From the NCBI GenBank assembly GCA_964404785.1, contig CAYOLM010000001.1, forward strand, positions 1 through 33,313: DNA of 33,313 bases, written 5' to 3'. A program made the position numbers and the translations under genes. Source of the DNA: an uncultured Mizugakiibacter sp. (GTDB lineage: Bacteria > Pseudomonadota > Gammaproteobacteria > Xanthomonadales > Rhodanobacteraceae). Positions within the stretch are counted from its first letter, which is position 1, and each line of letters opens with the position of its first letter. Of the stretch, positions 9,920 to 21,775 are shown piece by piece. A model generated the notes under the pieces. The model was not told the origin of the DNA, ran no database searches, and saw nothing but the letters and a program-made list of their open reading frames with translations.

Positions 9920-10126
9920 CAATAAAATTACTTATTTAACGGATATATAGCATTATAAAGAATATGAGTACTTGCGAGTCTAAATATTTACTCTATCCTA
10001 TTTATATTTTTTCTGCAGGGAAAATAGTTACCTATGAGGGTACGAATAAAAATGGACGAGCGCTGAGTCTCAACCGCTACCATTTACTCAGTTGATCACG
10101 GTTCTCTTTGCTTTGGAAATATAGAA

Positions 10127-12289
10127 ATGAACATTGTAACCATTATATCTAAGCAATATACTAAATTCAAAATATTCATTTATGCATCATCTAAAATATT
10201 ACGTATAAATAAACCATCATGGTTACTTTTACTGATCCTTGCATTACTAATAGGCGGCTTTACTTCCGTGCATCTTGGGCAGGATGCCAATTGGGACTTA
10301 TTGAATTATCACCTTTATGTGGCATGGGCCTATTTACATGGGCGCTTCGGCTTAGATTTATTCGCTGCCGGCATTCAGAGTTATTTCGCCCCATTTATTG
10401 ATATTCCCTATTTCCTAATATCCACACAGTGGTTGCCTAATTCGCCACGGCTAGTAGCGTTTATCATGGGTCTTCCCTATGGGATACTGATATTCATAGT
10501 CTTTTTGATTTCCTGGCTAGTAATAGAAGAGATCGATAAGGTCCATCTACGTAAAACTGCACTTGCTATTTTGACAGTGCTGTTTGGTGTTACCGGAGTG
10601 GCTACTTTCCCGCAAATAGGCACAACATTTGGCGATATACCCATCGCTGCAATTACTCTGCTGGGTCTGGCACTTATTTTATATCAACAGAGCTTGGCGT
10701 CACAGCAATGGAGCAAAGTACGAAAAAGTTTTCTTATAATTTGTGCGGGCTTGGTATTTGGAATTGCTGCTGGACTCAAACTTACAGCTTGTATTTATGT
10801 TCCGGGTGCTGCTCTAATAATTATATTGGGGACGGGGTCGGGGCGTACCAGACTCACCCACGCGATACTATTTTGTATAAGTTGGCTGGCTTCATTTTTA
10901 GCAATATGGGGCCCGTGGGGTCTAGCCTTGTTCAAATACACAGGCAATCCGTTCTTCCCACTTTTTAACTCAGTATTCCGATCATCTTGGATCGCTCCCG
11001 ATATCGGCATGGATGCCCGTCATTTTCCTAAGTCATTGATGCAGGCCATTTTTTTTCCTTTCTACTGGACTAATAATCATAACAATGTAATGGATCCTCA
11101 CTTTCTGGACCCACGGTTTGCGGTGGTCTATACATTGGCCCTGGTTACCTTGAGCATTTGGATTATACGAAAATATTTAAAGTCCCATCGTCTAAACAAT
11201 ATGCCAGTGGCCAAATCATTATTAATATTCTTTTTGATCTCGTACATAATATGGGAGAGTTTATTTTCAGCACTTCGCTATGCGGTTACGCTTGAGGTCT
11301 TACTGGGTGTTATCTTACTAATATTTTTTTCTTACTTACTCAACTACTCAGTACGCAAGCGGATTTTAAGTCTACTATCCCTTCTAACAATAGCCGTTGC
11401 CGGCGTGCTTATTTTTACTCAGTATCCAGTCTGGGGCCGAGTCGGCTATGCCAATAAGGTCTTCGAGATTCATACGAAGCGGGTTCCTGTGAACTCGCTA
11501 GTTCTGTTTGTAGGCAAGCCACTTGCTTATCTTGCTCCTTTTGTCGCGCCATTGCATGGCCGGTTTATGTTCATCGGTATTACTGACACACCAATGGCCA
11601 GCAAGGGTTATGAACTCTACTCAATGTTAGAAAGTGATATAGAAAACTGGCAGGGACCTGTTTACTATATAGCAAATAAGGATACCCTTGCTTCAGTACC
11701 GAAGCTTTCATCGTTTGGCCTATATCCCCTCGATTCATGTGCGAAGATAACTTCTAATATTGACATACCTTCGATCCTCTGTCCCGTTACCCACGTTCCT
11801 AATGCCCTGGCTTGGCCACGTAGTCGAGATAATCATTCTTATGTACTGAATAAGGCTATTTCCTTAACACGAAGTGGTCGTGGTTCGCTATTCACCGGGG
11901 CAGGCTGGTCTAACCCGGAGCATTGGGGAACATGGACGGATGGTAACCAGGCTGGTTTGTTGGTGCAGCTACACAGAGTTAGCACCGCATCACTAAAATT
12001 TATATTCCTTTCTCATGCATTTTTGACCTCTAAACATCCACAGCTTACAATTACTATTAAGTTGAATGGCACAACACTCACTCACTTCATATATAGATAT
12101 CCACGGGATCAATATGATCTGCTACGCCAGGTAAGTATCCCAGCAAAACTAATACTCAAGAATAATGGTGTATTAAGGTTCGAATTCTTAATGAAAACTC
12201 CAGCCTCGCCACAATCATTGGGTATGAGCTCTGATACCCGCCCACTTGGCCTGGGTTTGGTTTGGTTCAATATCAAGCACAGTAAATAA
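10127..12289 (+). CDS. Polytopic membrane protein, putative GT-C glycosyltransferase with a C-terminal periplasmic beta-sandwich domain
   Basis: Acidic loop after TM1 (GQDANWDLLNYH), about 11-12 TM helices, AGLKLT and TGNPFFPLFN motifs; C-terminal GWSNPEHWGTWTDG...SPQSLGMSSDTRPLGLGL domain. Confidence 0.65.
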   Translation: MNIVTIISKQYTKFKIFIYASSKILRINKPSWLLLLILALLIGGFTSVHLGQDANWDLLNYHLYVAWAYLHGRFGLDLFAAGIQSYFAPFIDIPYFLISTQWLPNSPRLVAFIMGLPYGILIFIVFLISWLVIEEIDKVHLRKTALAILTVLFGVTGVATFPQIGTTFGDIPIAAITLLGLALILYQQSLASQQWSKVRKSFLIICAGLVFGIAAGLKLTACIYVPGAALIIILGTGSGRTRLTHAILFCISWLASFLAIWGPWGLALFKYTGNPFFPLFNSVFRSSWIAPDIGMDARHFPKSLMQAIFFPFYWTNNHNNVMDPHFLDPRFAVVYTLALVTLSIWIIRKYLKSHRLNNMPVAKSLLIFFLISYIIWESLFSALRYAVTLEVLLGVILLIFFSYLLNYSVRKRILSLLSLLTIAVAGVLIFTQYPVWGRVGYANKVFEIHTKRVPVNSLVLFVGKPLAYLAPFVAPLHGRFMFIGITDTPMASKGYELYSMLESDIENWQGPVYYIANKDTLASVPKLSSFGLYPLDSCAKITSNIDIPSILCPVTHVPNALAWPRSRDNHSYVLNKAISLTRSGRGSLFTGAGWSNPEHWGTWTDGNQAGLLVQLHRVSTASLKFIFLSHAFLTSKHPQLTITIKLNGTTLTHFIYRYPRDQYDLLRQVSIPAKLILKNNGVLRFEFLMKTPASPQSLGMSSDTRPLGLGLVWFNIKHSK

Positions 12290-12383
12290 GTGCTGCGTAC
12301 CTTGCCACAATTTGCAATGAGGGGTTCAAGATGGTCTCTCCTGCCTGATGTTCACAAGGTTCCTTCTTGACGGGTATCTTTAC

Positions 12384-13729
12384 TTACGCATCAATCAGCT
12401 CACGAAGTTCAGCCGTTCGATCCTCCAGCAATGCGACCGCACCTCGCGACTCCACATTCAACCGCAACAAAGGCTCGGTATTTGAGGCCCGCAGGTTAAA
12501 TCGCCAATCCGCAAACTCCAGGCTCACGCCATCAGTATGATCCAGCGCGGGTTGCCCCTTTGAGAAATGCGCAACAATGCGCGCGATAGTTGCAGTGGCA
12601 TCAGCAACACAAAAATTGATTTCTCCGCTGCATGGGTAAGCCCTCATTCTGGCTTCCACCATCTCGGCTAGTGTCTGCCCTGTCCGACTGAGGCGTTCGG
12701 CGATCAACAGCCAGGGAATCATCCCCGAATCGCAATAGGCAAACTCACGGAAATAATGATGGGCACTCATCTCGCCGCCATAAATAGCATCCTCAGCCCG
12801 CATCCGCTCCTTAATGAAGGCATGCCCGGTTTTGCACATCACTGGCACCCCACCGGCTGCATGCACCATGTCAATGGTATTCCAGATCAGCCGTGGGTCA
12901 TGAATCACCCGGCCACCTGGATATTTTTCTAACAACTGGGTTGCCAATAGACCTACCAGATAATAGCCCTCAATAAACCGGCCATCCGCATCGAAGAAGA
13001 AACAACGGTCAAAATCGCCATCCCAAGCGATACCTAAGTCGGCCCCATGCGCGCGCACAGCCGCGGCGGTTTGTGATCGGTTCTCCGGCAACAGCGGGTT
13101 GGGGATACCATGCGGAAAACTCGGATCCGGCTCGTGGTTTATGCGTACAAACTCGAAGGGTAGGTGGTCAGCCAATTCGTCGATAATCAGCCCGGCACCA
13201 CCATTGCCGGCATTCACCACAAGTTTGAGTGGGCGCAATGTCTCACGGTCTACGTAGTGCAGAAGATGCTCGATATAGGCCGACCTGTCCGCCTCAACAC
13301 GGGGTTCATTGCCGACTTCTAATGGAGCAAACACGGCGGCGTCAGCCAATGCCTCAATGTCACCCAGGCCACTGTCGCCACTAACAGGTCGTGAGCCTTC
13401 ACGCACCAGCTTCATGCCGTTAAAATCTAATGGGTTGTGGCTCGCCGTAACCATGATGCCGCCACCGCAAGCCCGATGAGCGGTCTGGAAATAGACTTCT
13501 TCGGTACCGCATAGTCCGATATCGATTACGTCGGCCCCGGCGTCCCTAAGTCCACGCGTCAGGGCGCGCGCAAAATCAGGGCTATCACGACGCACATCAC
13601 GACCGACCACCACTTCACCCGGATGTAAGATTTGGGCAAACGCTCGACCAATACGATAAGCGATATCTTCGTTCAGTTCATCAGGAACATGGCCGCGAAT
13701 ATCATAGGCTTTGAAACACTTGAGCATCA

Positions 13730-13730
<1 letters not shown>
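12384..13730 (-). CDS. manB: Phosphomannomutase/phosphoglucomutase
   Basis: [14 protein letters not shown] phosphoserine loop, DGDFDR metal loop and GEMSAH; GGAGG SD; start overlaps the upstream stop. Confidence 0.95.
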
Positions 13731-15779
<2,049 letters not shown>

Positions 15780-15892
15780 TCACCTAGTTAGCCAGTGACC
15801 TTGAGCCACACACGCCTGACCCCCGGCAGTAAGCCAGCCTCGCAGTGAATTTAGCGAGACTCCCTATGGCTCAACCTGCTACAGCAAAGCGG

Positions 15893-15898
15893 TATAAT
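15893..15898 (+). promoter_or_regulatory. Possible -10 box (TATAAT) for gspEFGH
   Basis: Perfect TATAAT in the divergent gmd/gspE intergenic region, but no convincing -35. Confidence 0.3.
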
Positions 15899-16040
15899 GG
15901 GTTTTATGATGCATATCTAAAAGGGACGTTCCCTGAATGAGCGCATTTGTGAATAGGGTCTTTGGCCACGAAATCCAAGGATATTTGCTGTCCTGGATGC
16001 CCAACGATATCTATCCAGGCCCAGATCCGCGAGGAAATGA

Positions 16041-17819
16041 ATGACTCAGTCCAAGCCTGAAACCTGTTTACTGGGCCAGATATTGCTTGACAACAAGTGC
16101 CTGGTAGCGGCTGATCTGGAAAAGGCGCTGCAATTTCAGACCGAATTTGGTGGGCTGCTGGGCGGCATACTGGCCCGCTTGGGCTTATGTTCCGAGGCGG
16201 TATTGCTGCCTCATCTGGCGGCGCAACTGAGTGTCGAATATGTTCCGGACGCACCAATACCCGAACCAGAGGCGGTATCTGCGGCCTTGAATGCCACCCG
16301 CTTTTCTGCTGATTGGTTTGCTTACCGTCGCCTTATCCCATGGCTGGATGAGGCGGAAAAACTGCATGTGGCCAGCAATCATCCCGGTACTCCGCTGGTA
16401 TGTGAGGTATTTTCTGCGCGTGGGTATAGCGTCTGCTGGCATTTACTCAGTGAGCTGACCGAAAATGTGTGGCTTGATCTACTCGAAAATCGCAGTGTCG
16501 CAGCTGAGAGTGGTGCGGCCAGATTGCGCGAGCGGGCCGAGGAAGCCCCGGTGGTATCACTGGTCAATAACATCTTGGCTCAAGCCGTGGAACTGGAGGC
16601 CTCGGATATCCATCTGGAGCCGGAGGAAGGAGTGTTACGGGTGCGCTATCGTATTGATGGTGTGCTGGTGGATCGGATGCGTACTGCGGGTACCCGTGTA
16701 GAGGCGGTTATCTCCCGACTCAAGCTGATGGCTGATTTGGACATTGCCGAGCGTCGCTTGCCGCAGGATGGACGTATCTCTCTGCAGGCTGCCGGAATTG
16801 CCTTGGATGTGCGCATCTCGACTTTGCCCGATACCGGGGGCGAATCGGTCGTATTGCGGCTATTGCCCAAGGATCAGCGACGGCTCAATCTTGATTTGTT
16901 GGGATTGCCCACCGACGTGCATGCCCGCATGAGTCTGGTCACTCACCAGCCCCACGGATTGATCCTGGTGACCGGTCCTACCGGCTCGGGCAAGAGCACC
17001 ACGTTGTATGCCTTGCTGAGTGGCTTAAATACCGGCCAGCGTAAGATTATCACCGTCGAAGACCCGGTCGAAAATACCATGCAAGGCGTTGTCCAGGTGC
17101 AGGCAAACGCGGATATCGGACTCGATTTTGCGCGTACCCTACGCGCTATCCTGCGTCAGGATCCAGACATCATCATGATTGGTGAAATCCGCGATCGGGA
17201 AACCGCACGGATTGCTGTGCAATCTTCTCTGACCGGCCATACCGTTCTATCCACCCTGCACACCAATGATGCCATATCGGCCTTTGGCCGCATGATCGAC
17301 ATCGGCGTTGAGGCATTTCTACTCGCCTCGGCGGTGCGCGGTGTGCTCGCTCAGCGCCTGGTGCGACGCCTATGTCTACACTGCCGGGCCTCCGTAGCCC
17401 CTCTGGACGGTTTGCAAAGGCTGTTCGCTGACCTACACCGGCGCTTTCCCGATCTACTGAACCCGGAGCCCCACTTCTATCGCTCCGTCGGCTGTGATCG
17501 CTGTCTACATACGGGTTATAGGGGGCGCTCAGGTATCTATGAGTGGGTTGAAGTAACGGCCGGGATGGCTCAGGAAATCGCCAAAGAAGCCCCTGAAAGC
17601 ACCCTGTTAACCCAGGTTTCTGCAGATTTCAGGACCATGCGCGAGGATGGTATGATTAAGTGTTGGAACGGCGAAACCTCGGTAGAAGAGGTATTTCGGG
17701 TAACCGGTGAAATGGAAGTTGCTGAGGATACGGCGGCTCAGGCTGATCAGACCCGCACCGCCGATGATGCAGCGATAAATGATATGAACCTTCCAGGCAC
17801 AGTAGATTCCGGGTCATGA
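16041..17819 (+). CDS. gspE: Type II secretion ATPase
   Basis: MshEN-like N-terminus, ASDIHLEP, RRLPQDGRI, Walker A GPTGSGKST, LRQDPDIIMIGEIRD and tetra-Cys (CLHC...CDRC); GAGG SD. Confidence 0.95.
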   Translation: MTQSKPETCLLGQILLDNKCLVAADLEKALQFQTEFGGLLGGILARLGLCSEAVLLPHLAAQLSVEYVPDAPIPEPEAVSAALNATRFSADWFAYRRLIPWLDEAEKLHVASNHPGTPLVCEVFSARGYSVCWHLLSELTENVWLDLLENRSVAAESGAARLRERAEEAPVVSLVNNILAQAVELEASDIHLEPEEGVLRVRYRIDGVLVDRMRTAGTRVEAVISRLKLMADLDIAERRLPQDGRISLQAAGIALDVRISTLPDTGGESVVLRLLPKDQRRLNLDLLGLPTDVHARMSLVTHQPHGLILVTGPTGSGKSTTLYALLSGLNTGQRKIITVEDPVENTMQGVVQVQANADIGLDFARTLRAILRQDPDIIMIGEIRDRETARIAVQSSLTGHTVLSTLHTNDAISAFGRMIDIGVEAFLLASAVRGVLAQRLVRRLCLHCRASVAPLDGLQRLFADLHRRFPDLLNPEPHFYRSVGCDRCLHTGYRGRSGIYEWVEVTAGMAQEIAKEAPESTLLTQVSADFRTMREDGMIKCWNGETSVEEVFRVTGEMEVAEDTAAQADQTRTADDAAINDMNLPGTVDSGS

Positions 17820-19024
17820 ACGGCTCCATGTACCACTACCAGGCCGCCAATGCCCAAGGGGTTATGGTTCGGGGACACCTGGAAAGTTCTAGCGAGCAGG
17901 CCGTCTATCGGCACCTGCAGGCACAAGATCTGCTGCCTGTGGAGATCAGCATTGATGGTGACACCCAGCGCAAAGGGCGCAACAAAAAGCTCACCACCGC
18001 CATGCGGACCCAGTCGATACGTGAAATCGCCACCTTATTGAATGCTGGGGTATCCCTATCAGAAGCCCTTCCCTCATTGCGTAAGGGCCATACCAACACC
18101 CCGCCCGGGCGCATTTTTGATGCCTTGCATGCAGCCTTGCGGGGGGGCGAATCGTTTGCTGACAGTTTATTGCACTCCAAGTTGCCATTGCCGCCCGATG
18201 TGTTGCAAATTATCCGCGCCGGAGAGGCCAGTGGAGCGCTGGGGCGAGCCATGTCGAAGGCCTTGGAGCGTTTGGAATATATCGAGAGCAGTCGCCGCGA
18301 GCTACAAACCGCGCTAATCTATCCCATCATTCTGATCGTCTCCGGCTTAGCTGCCATTATCCTGATTTTTGCCATCGTGGTGCCACGCTTTTACAGTATA
18401 TTATCGCGCGGCGGGGCCGCGGTACCCTGGATTTCGCGTGTAGTACTGGGTTTCGGGATGTTTTTGAATCAACACTGGATACCCCTTTTCAGTGGCTTGG
18501 TGATCATCACCGGCTTGCTTTGGGCGCTGCTTCAACAACCCAGAATTCGTGAGTTCTCAGAATGGTTATTGCTACGGATTCCTGGAATTGGCAGCTGGAT
18601 GCTACAAACCGAAATGGGTCGTTGGACCCATTCGCTAGGCAGTTTGTTGGCCAGTCGCGTACCTCTGTCTAAGGCCTTGGCCCTAAGCATCGATGCGGTA
18701 AGCATGGCAAGCCTGAAATCGCGACTGGCCTCGGTGCGCACCTATGTGCGCAATGGCGAACGCTTGACCTATGCACTGCAACGCCAACAATTGATCGATC
18801 CCATGGGCGCAAACTTACTGCGAGTCGGTGAACAATCAGGGCGTTTGAGTGAGGTGCTGGATTCTCTTGCCAAGCTCTACAACGAAGCGTCGCGGCAACG
18901 CATGAAGCGTTTTTTGCTGTTGCTGGAGCCGATATCCATTCTTCTTATCGGCTCAGCCATCGGCACCCTGATGATCGCAATCATGTTGGGTATCACCAGC
19001 CTCAACAACATCGTTTTACAATAA
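17816..19024 (+). CDS. gspF: Type II secretion inner-membrane platform protein
   Basis: AGEASGAL, ALIYP, VVPRF, VGEQSGRL and LLEP motifs; ATGA overlap with gspE. Confidence 0.94.
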   Translation: MNGSMYHYQAANAQGVMVRGHLESSSEQAVYRHLQAQDLLPVEISIDGDTQRKGRNKKLTTAMRTQSIREIATLLNAGVSLSEALPSLRKGHTNTPPGRIFDALHAALRGGESFADSLLHSKLPLPPDVLQIIRAGEASGALGRAMSKALERLEYIESSRRELQTALIYPIILIVSGLAAIILIFAIVVPRFYSILSRGGAAVPWISRVVLGFGMFLNQHWIPLFSGLVIITGLLWALLQQPRIREFSEWLLLRIPGIGSWMLQTEMGRWTHSLGSLLASRVPLSKALALSIDAVSMASLKSRLASVRTYVRNGERLTYALQRQQLIDPMGANLLRVGEQSGRLSEVLDSLAKLYNEASRQRMKRFLLLLEPISILLIGSAIGTLMIAIMLGITSLNNIVLQ

Positions 19025-19043
19025 GCTAACGAGACGGCATACC

Positions 19044-19490
19044 ATGAACTTAAATCGTAGGGCTAGGCAGCACGGCTTTACCTTGATCGAGATGCTGGTC
19101 GTTTTGGTTATTATTGGCCTGCTGGTCGGTTTGATTGGGCCCCGATTATTTGGTATCGCCGATCGCTCCAAGGCTAAAACCGTAAAAGTGCAGGTCAAGA
19201 TGCTGGATAATGCCTTGCTGACCATGGAGTTAGATATTGGTAGATTCCCAAGTACCCAGGAAGGCCTGCAATTGCTGGTCAAACGGCCCACGGTACCGGC
19301 CCTTAGTGCCAAATGGCACGGCCCTTATTTATCATCTGAGGTGCCCATGGATGCCTGGGGCAACCCCTATCACTACGTAGCACCCGGCCCCAATAGCCAT
19401 CCCTATGCCTTATGGTCTGATGGTGCCGATGGCAAACCTGGCGGCAGTGGACTGAATGCAGATATTGGCATCATACCTCCCGGCCAATAG
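19044..19490 (+). CDS. gspG: Type II secretion major pseudopilin
   Basis: G|FTLIEMLVVLV prepilin site, PSTQEGLQLL, WHGPYL, DAWGNPY and SDGADGKPGG...DI Ca-binding loop. Confidence 0.95.
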   Translation: MNLNRRARQHGFTLIEMLVVLVIIGLLVGLIGPRLFGIADRSKAKTVKVQVKMLDNALLTMELDIGRFPSTQEGLQLLVKRPTVPALSAKWHGPYLSSEVPMDAWGNPYHYVAPGPNSHPYALWSDGADGKPGGSGLNADIGIIPPGQ

Positions 19491-19866
19491 GCGGGAAAAC
19501 GGCTTCACCCTGATCGAGATACTGGTAGTGCTGTTGATCGCGGCATTAGTAAGCGGCATCGTTATTCCACAGGCATTCAAGCTGATAGGAACTTATCGCC
19601 GCCATGGCCAACGGGGGCTCATCCAACAACAGTTCAACCAGTTACCGCTGCGGGCCTATGTCAGCGGACGCAACTACAAGTTGACCAATAAGCACTCGCC
19701 AAAGCTACCGCAGGGTTGGCATCTACAGGTTAGCAAACCGGTCAACTACTCATTGAACGGTCAATGCACACCAGGAAAAATCAGCCTGCAGTCACCCCTG
19801 GGAGAGACCACCACCTACACCATAGCCCCCCCAACCTGCAAGCTCAGGGTGGTAGCAGCTGATTAG
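19456..19866 (+). CDS. Minor pseudopilin (GspH-like)
   Basis: ENG|FTLIEILVVL prepilin motif, a C-terminal Cys pair and position after gspG. Confidence 0.75.
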   Translation: MQILASYLPANRRENGFTLIEILVVLLIAALVSGIVIPQAFKLIGTYRRHGQRGLIQQQFNQLPLRAYVSGRNYKLTNKHSPKLPQGWHLQVSKPVNYSLNGQCTPGKISLQSPLGETTTYTIAPPTCKLRVVAAD

Positions 19867-19888
19867 CAAATACCCAGATTCACTTCAC

Positions 19889-20106
19889 TGGGTTTCCGCC
19901 CGCGTGGCAATGACGGGATGAGGTACGGATACCACAAGAGTCCCATCATCCCAGGCCCCATCTACGTCATCCCGGGCACAGACCCGGGATCGATAGAGCA
20001 GTCGGGGTAGCAAAATTGGCCACCATGTCGTACCTACAAGAAAAACAAGTTGCCTACTGCGTGGTCAGGCCATTCTTCACTAGATTTCCGCCTACGCGGG
20101 GATGAC
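19889..20106. repeat. REP/BIME-like palindromic repeat cluster 2 (inverted, degenerate)
   Basis: Reverse B-like units at 19889-19914 and 20081-20106; reverse A unit gtcatcccgggcacagacccgggatc at 19966-19991. Confidence 0.75.
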
Positions 20107-20182
20107 GAGACTTGTAGCTGCCGTATCCCTGGATGCAGACCGTTCGTGGGGGCAGTGGCCCCCGAAGAGCCCATAAGCCCAT

Positions 20183-20211
20183 AAAAAAAAGGCGCCCGAA
20201 GGCGCCTTTTT
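20183..20211 (-). terminator. Rho-independent terminator of the S-layer-like gene, potentially bidirectional
   Basis: Minus strand reads aaaaa-ggcgcc-ttcg-ggcgcc-T8, a C(UUCG)G tetraloop, about 25 nt after the stop; T5 on the plus strand. Confidence 0.92.
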
Positions 20212-20236
20212 AATCAGCTAATAGTTGGTATAACTA

Positions 20237-21670
20237 TTAGTTCTTGGTTGCCGTGAAGTTGGTAACCGTGCCGTTCGGGTTGCCCTGATAGGCCTGTACT
20301 ACCAAGGAACTGGCGGGAACGGTTCCCGACAGGCCCAGAGTTGGCCGGGCTGAAGCGGCCAGGGTGACACCTAGTGCCGTTTCGATCGTCTTGCCGTTAA
20401 GAATAACGGCTCCCCTAGCAGGAATAATCGCAACCGTCTGGGTGGTACCGAGCTGCACACCGGCCTGGCTGGTCATGGTGCCTTTGACAGCTACCGGCAA
20501 GCCCGAGTTGTTCCAGATACGGATATAGGTAGCATAACCCGGGGCCGCATTGGATGGCACATAATAAGCCAGGGTAACACTGCTACCGTTAGCCGTCAGC
20601 GGATATAACGTGCCACCGGGGTCGGTTGCTGCAACCGTGCTACCGATAAGCTGTTTGACGGACGTGATGCTTGGCGTAGTGGCTGGAATAGCTGTGCTAT
20701 TACCAGAAACCACTGAACCGCAGATATAGTATGGGCCGGTACCTAAAGCTGTTGAATTAATAGTCACGACAACATTACCTGTCGTCGTATTTAGGCTAGA
20801 AGCTGCCCCCGACACACCGCTAGTACAAGCCGTATTGGAATCAATCGCAAACGTATAATTTGCATTTGGCAGAAACGTGCCATTGACAGCGAAGCTTACG
20901 CCTCCCGTCAAATCAGCAAAACCAAAATCGGCTCCAGAGCCATTGAGCTGAGTCCCGGGCGTGGTAGTGAACGACACCGAACCAAAATTGACGGTGCCCG
21001 CAGCAGCCAAGCCTACCAGGGTATTACTCAAAGGACCCGTGCTCGCTTGTACGTCAATCTTCGCGCTTTCCGCAATTGGTGTGAAAGTAGCCGAGCTGAC
21101 CACCGTAGCAGTGATGGCTTGCAAAGAATTGGCTACCGTACCACTGGCCATATCCAGGGGTGCGGTCGGGAAGACCGGGGTGCTACCCGCGGTGCCATTG
21201 GCCAAGGCAAAGGTCGCGGTCACGATACCACCGCTGCTTACCAACCCGGTAGCACCACTCAGGTCTATTGAGGCCGACAGGGCAGACATATTCAAAACGG
21301 TGCTAGTAGGAATCGCCGAAGCGCCTGCGGTAAAATTCAATGCCAGCACGGTACCTGACGCGCTTACAAAAGACGTACCAAGTACGGCCGAACCGAAACT
21401 CACGGTGGTGCTAGAAACGGCGCCGGTAGCGGCGGCTAGCCACTTGGCACCGCCATTGAGCTGAATATAAATAGTGAAACTGGTACCCGCCGCGATCAAC
21501 TTACCCGGTTGGTAAGCCATGACCGGGCTATTCACCGCAGTCAAGCCCGATACCGCCTCGGTCGCATAGGTATTAAAGGTTGAACTCACGGTACCGGCGA
21601 AGGCCGACCCAGTGAGACCGGCCAGCGCCAAAGCAATCGTGGCGACCAGCATTTTCTTCTGAAGCTTCAT
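20237..21670 (-). CDS. Secreted Ser/Thr/Ala/Gly-rich protein, putative S-layer protein and T2SS cargo
   Basis: Sec signal MKLQKKMLVATIALALAGLTGSAFA|; about 20 charged residues in about 450, no His, one Cys pair; beta-rich; C-terminal YIRIWNNSG-type domain. It sits directly downstream of gspD, as in Aeromonas S-layer loci. Confidence 0.72.
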   Translation of the reverse strand: MKLQKKMLVATIALALAGLTGSAFAGTVSSTFNTYATEAVSGLTAVNSPVMAYQPGKLIAAGTSFTIYIQLNGGAKWLAAATGAVSSTTVSFGSAVLGTSFVSASGTVLALNFTAGASAIPTSTVLNMSALSASIDLSGATGLVSSGGIVTATFALANGTAGSTPVFPTAPLDMASGTVANSLQAITATVVSSATFTPIAESAKIDVQASTGPLSNTLVGLAAAGTVNFGSVSFTTTPGTQLNGSGADFGFADLTGGVSFAVNGTFLPNANYTFAIDSNTACTSGVSGAASSLNTTTGNVVVTINSTALGTGPYYICGSVVSGNSTAIPATTPSITSVKQLIGSTVAATDPGGTLYPLTANGSSVTLAYYVPSNAAPGYATYIRIWNNSGLPVAVKGTMTSQAGVQLGTTQTVAIIPARGAVILNGKTIETALGVTLAASARPTLGLSGTVPASSLVVQAYQGNPNGTVTNFTATKN

Positions 21671-21680
21671 AATGTCTTTT

Positions 21681-21685
21681 CTCCT
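21681..21685 (-). promoter_or_regulatory. Shine-Dalgarno sequence (AGGAG) of the S-layer-like gene
   Basis: Minus strand reads ttAGGAGaaaagacattATG. Confidence 0.85.
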
Positions 21686-21775
21686 AAGAACTTTTAGATC
21701 TTGCGATGGTGAGACGTCTCTTCGCTCATTGTTAGCACACCCAAAGGAGTGCCCCCCTGAAGCCGTGCTGAACTT

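Larger units (their letters stand above)
7800..12300. other. AT-rich, probably horizontally acquired glycosyl-transfer cassette
   Basis: Visibly AT-richer than the flanks, most strongly at 9.6-12.3 kb; contains the flippase-like, GT2 and GT-C-like genes. GC was not computed. Confidence 0.6.

Noticed and set aside
20237-21670. Porin or autotransporter
   Set aside because: No terminal aromatic beta-signal (ends ATKN) and too few charged or aromatic residues for a barrel.
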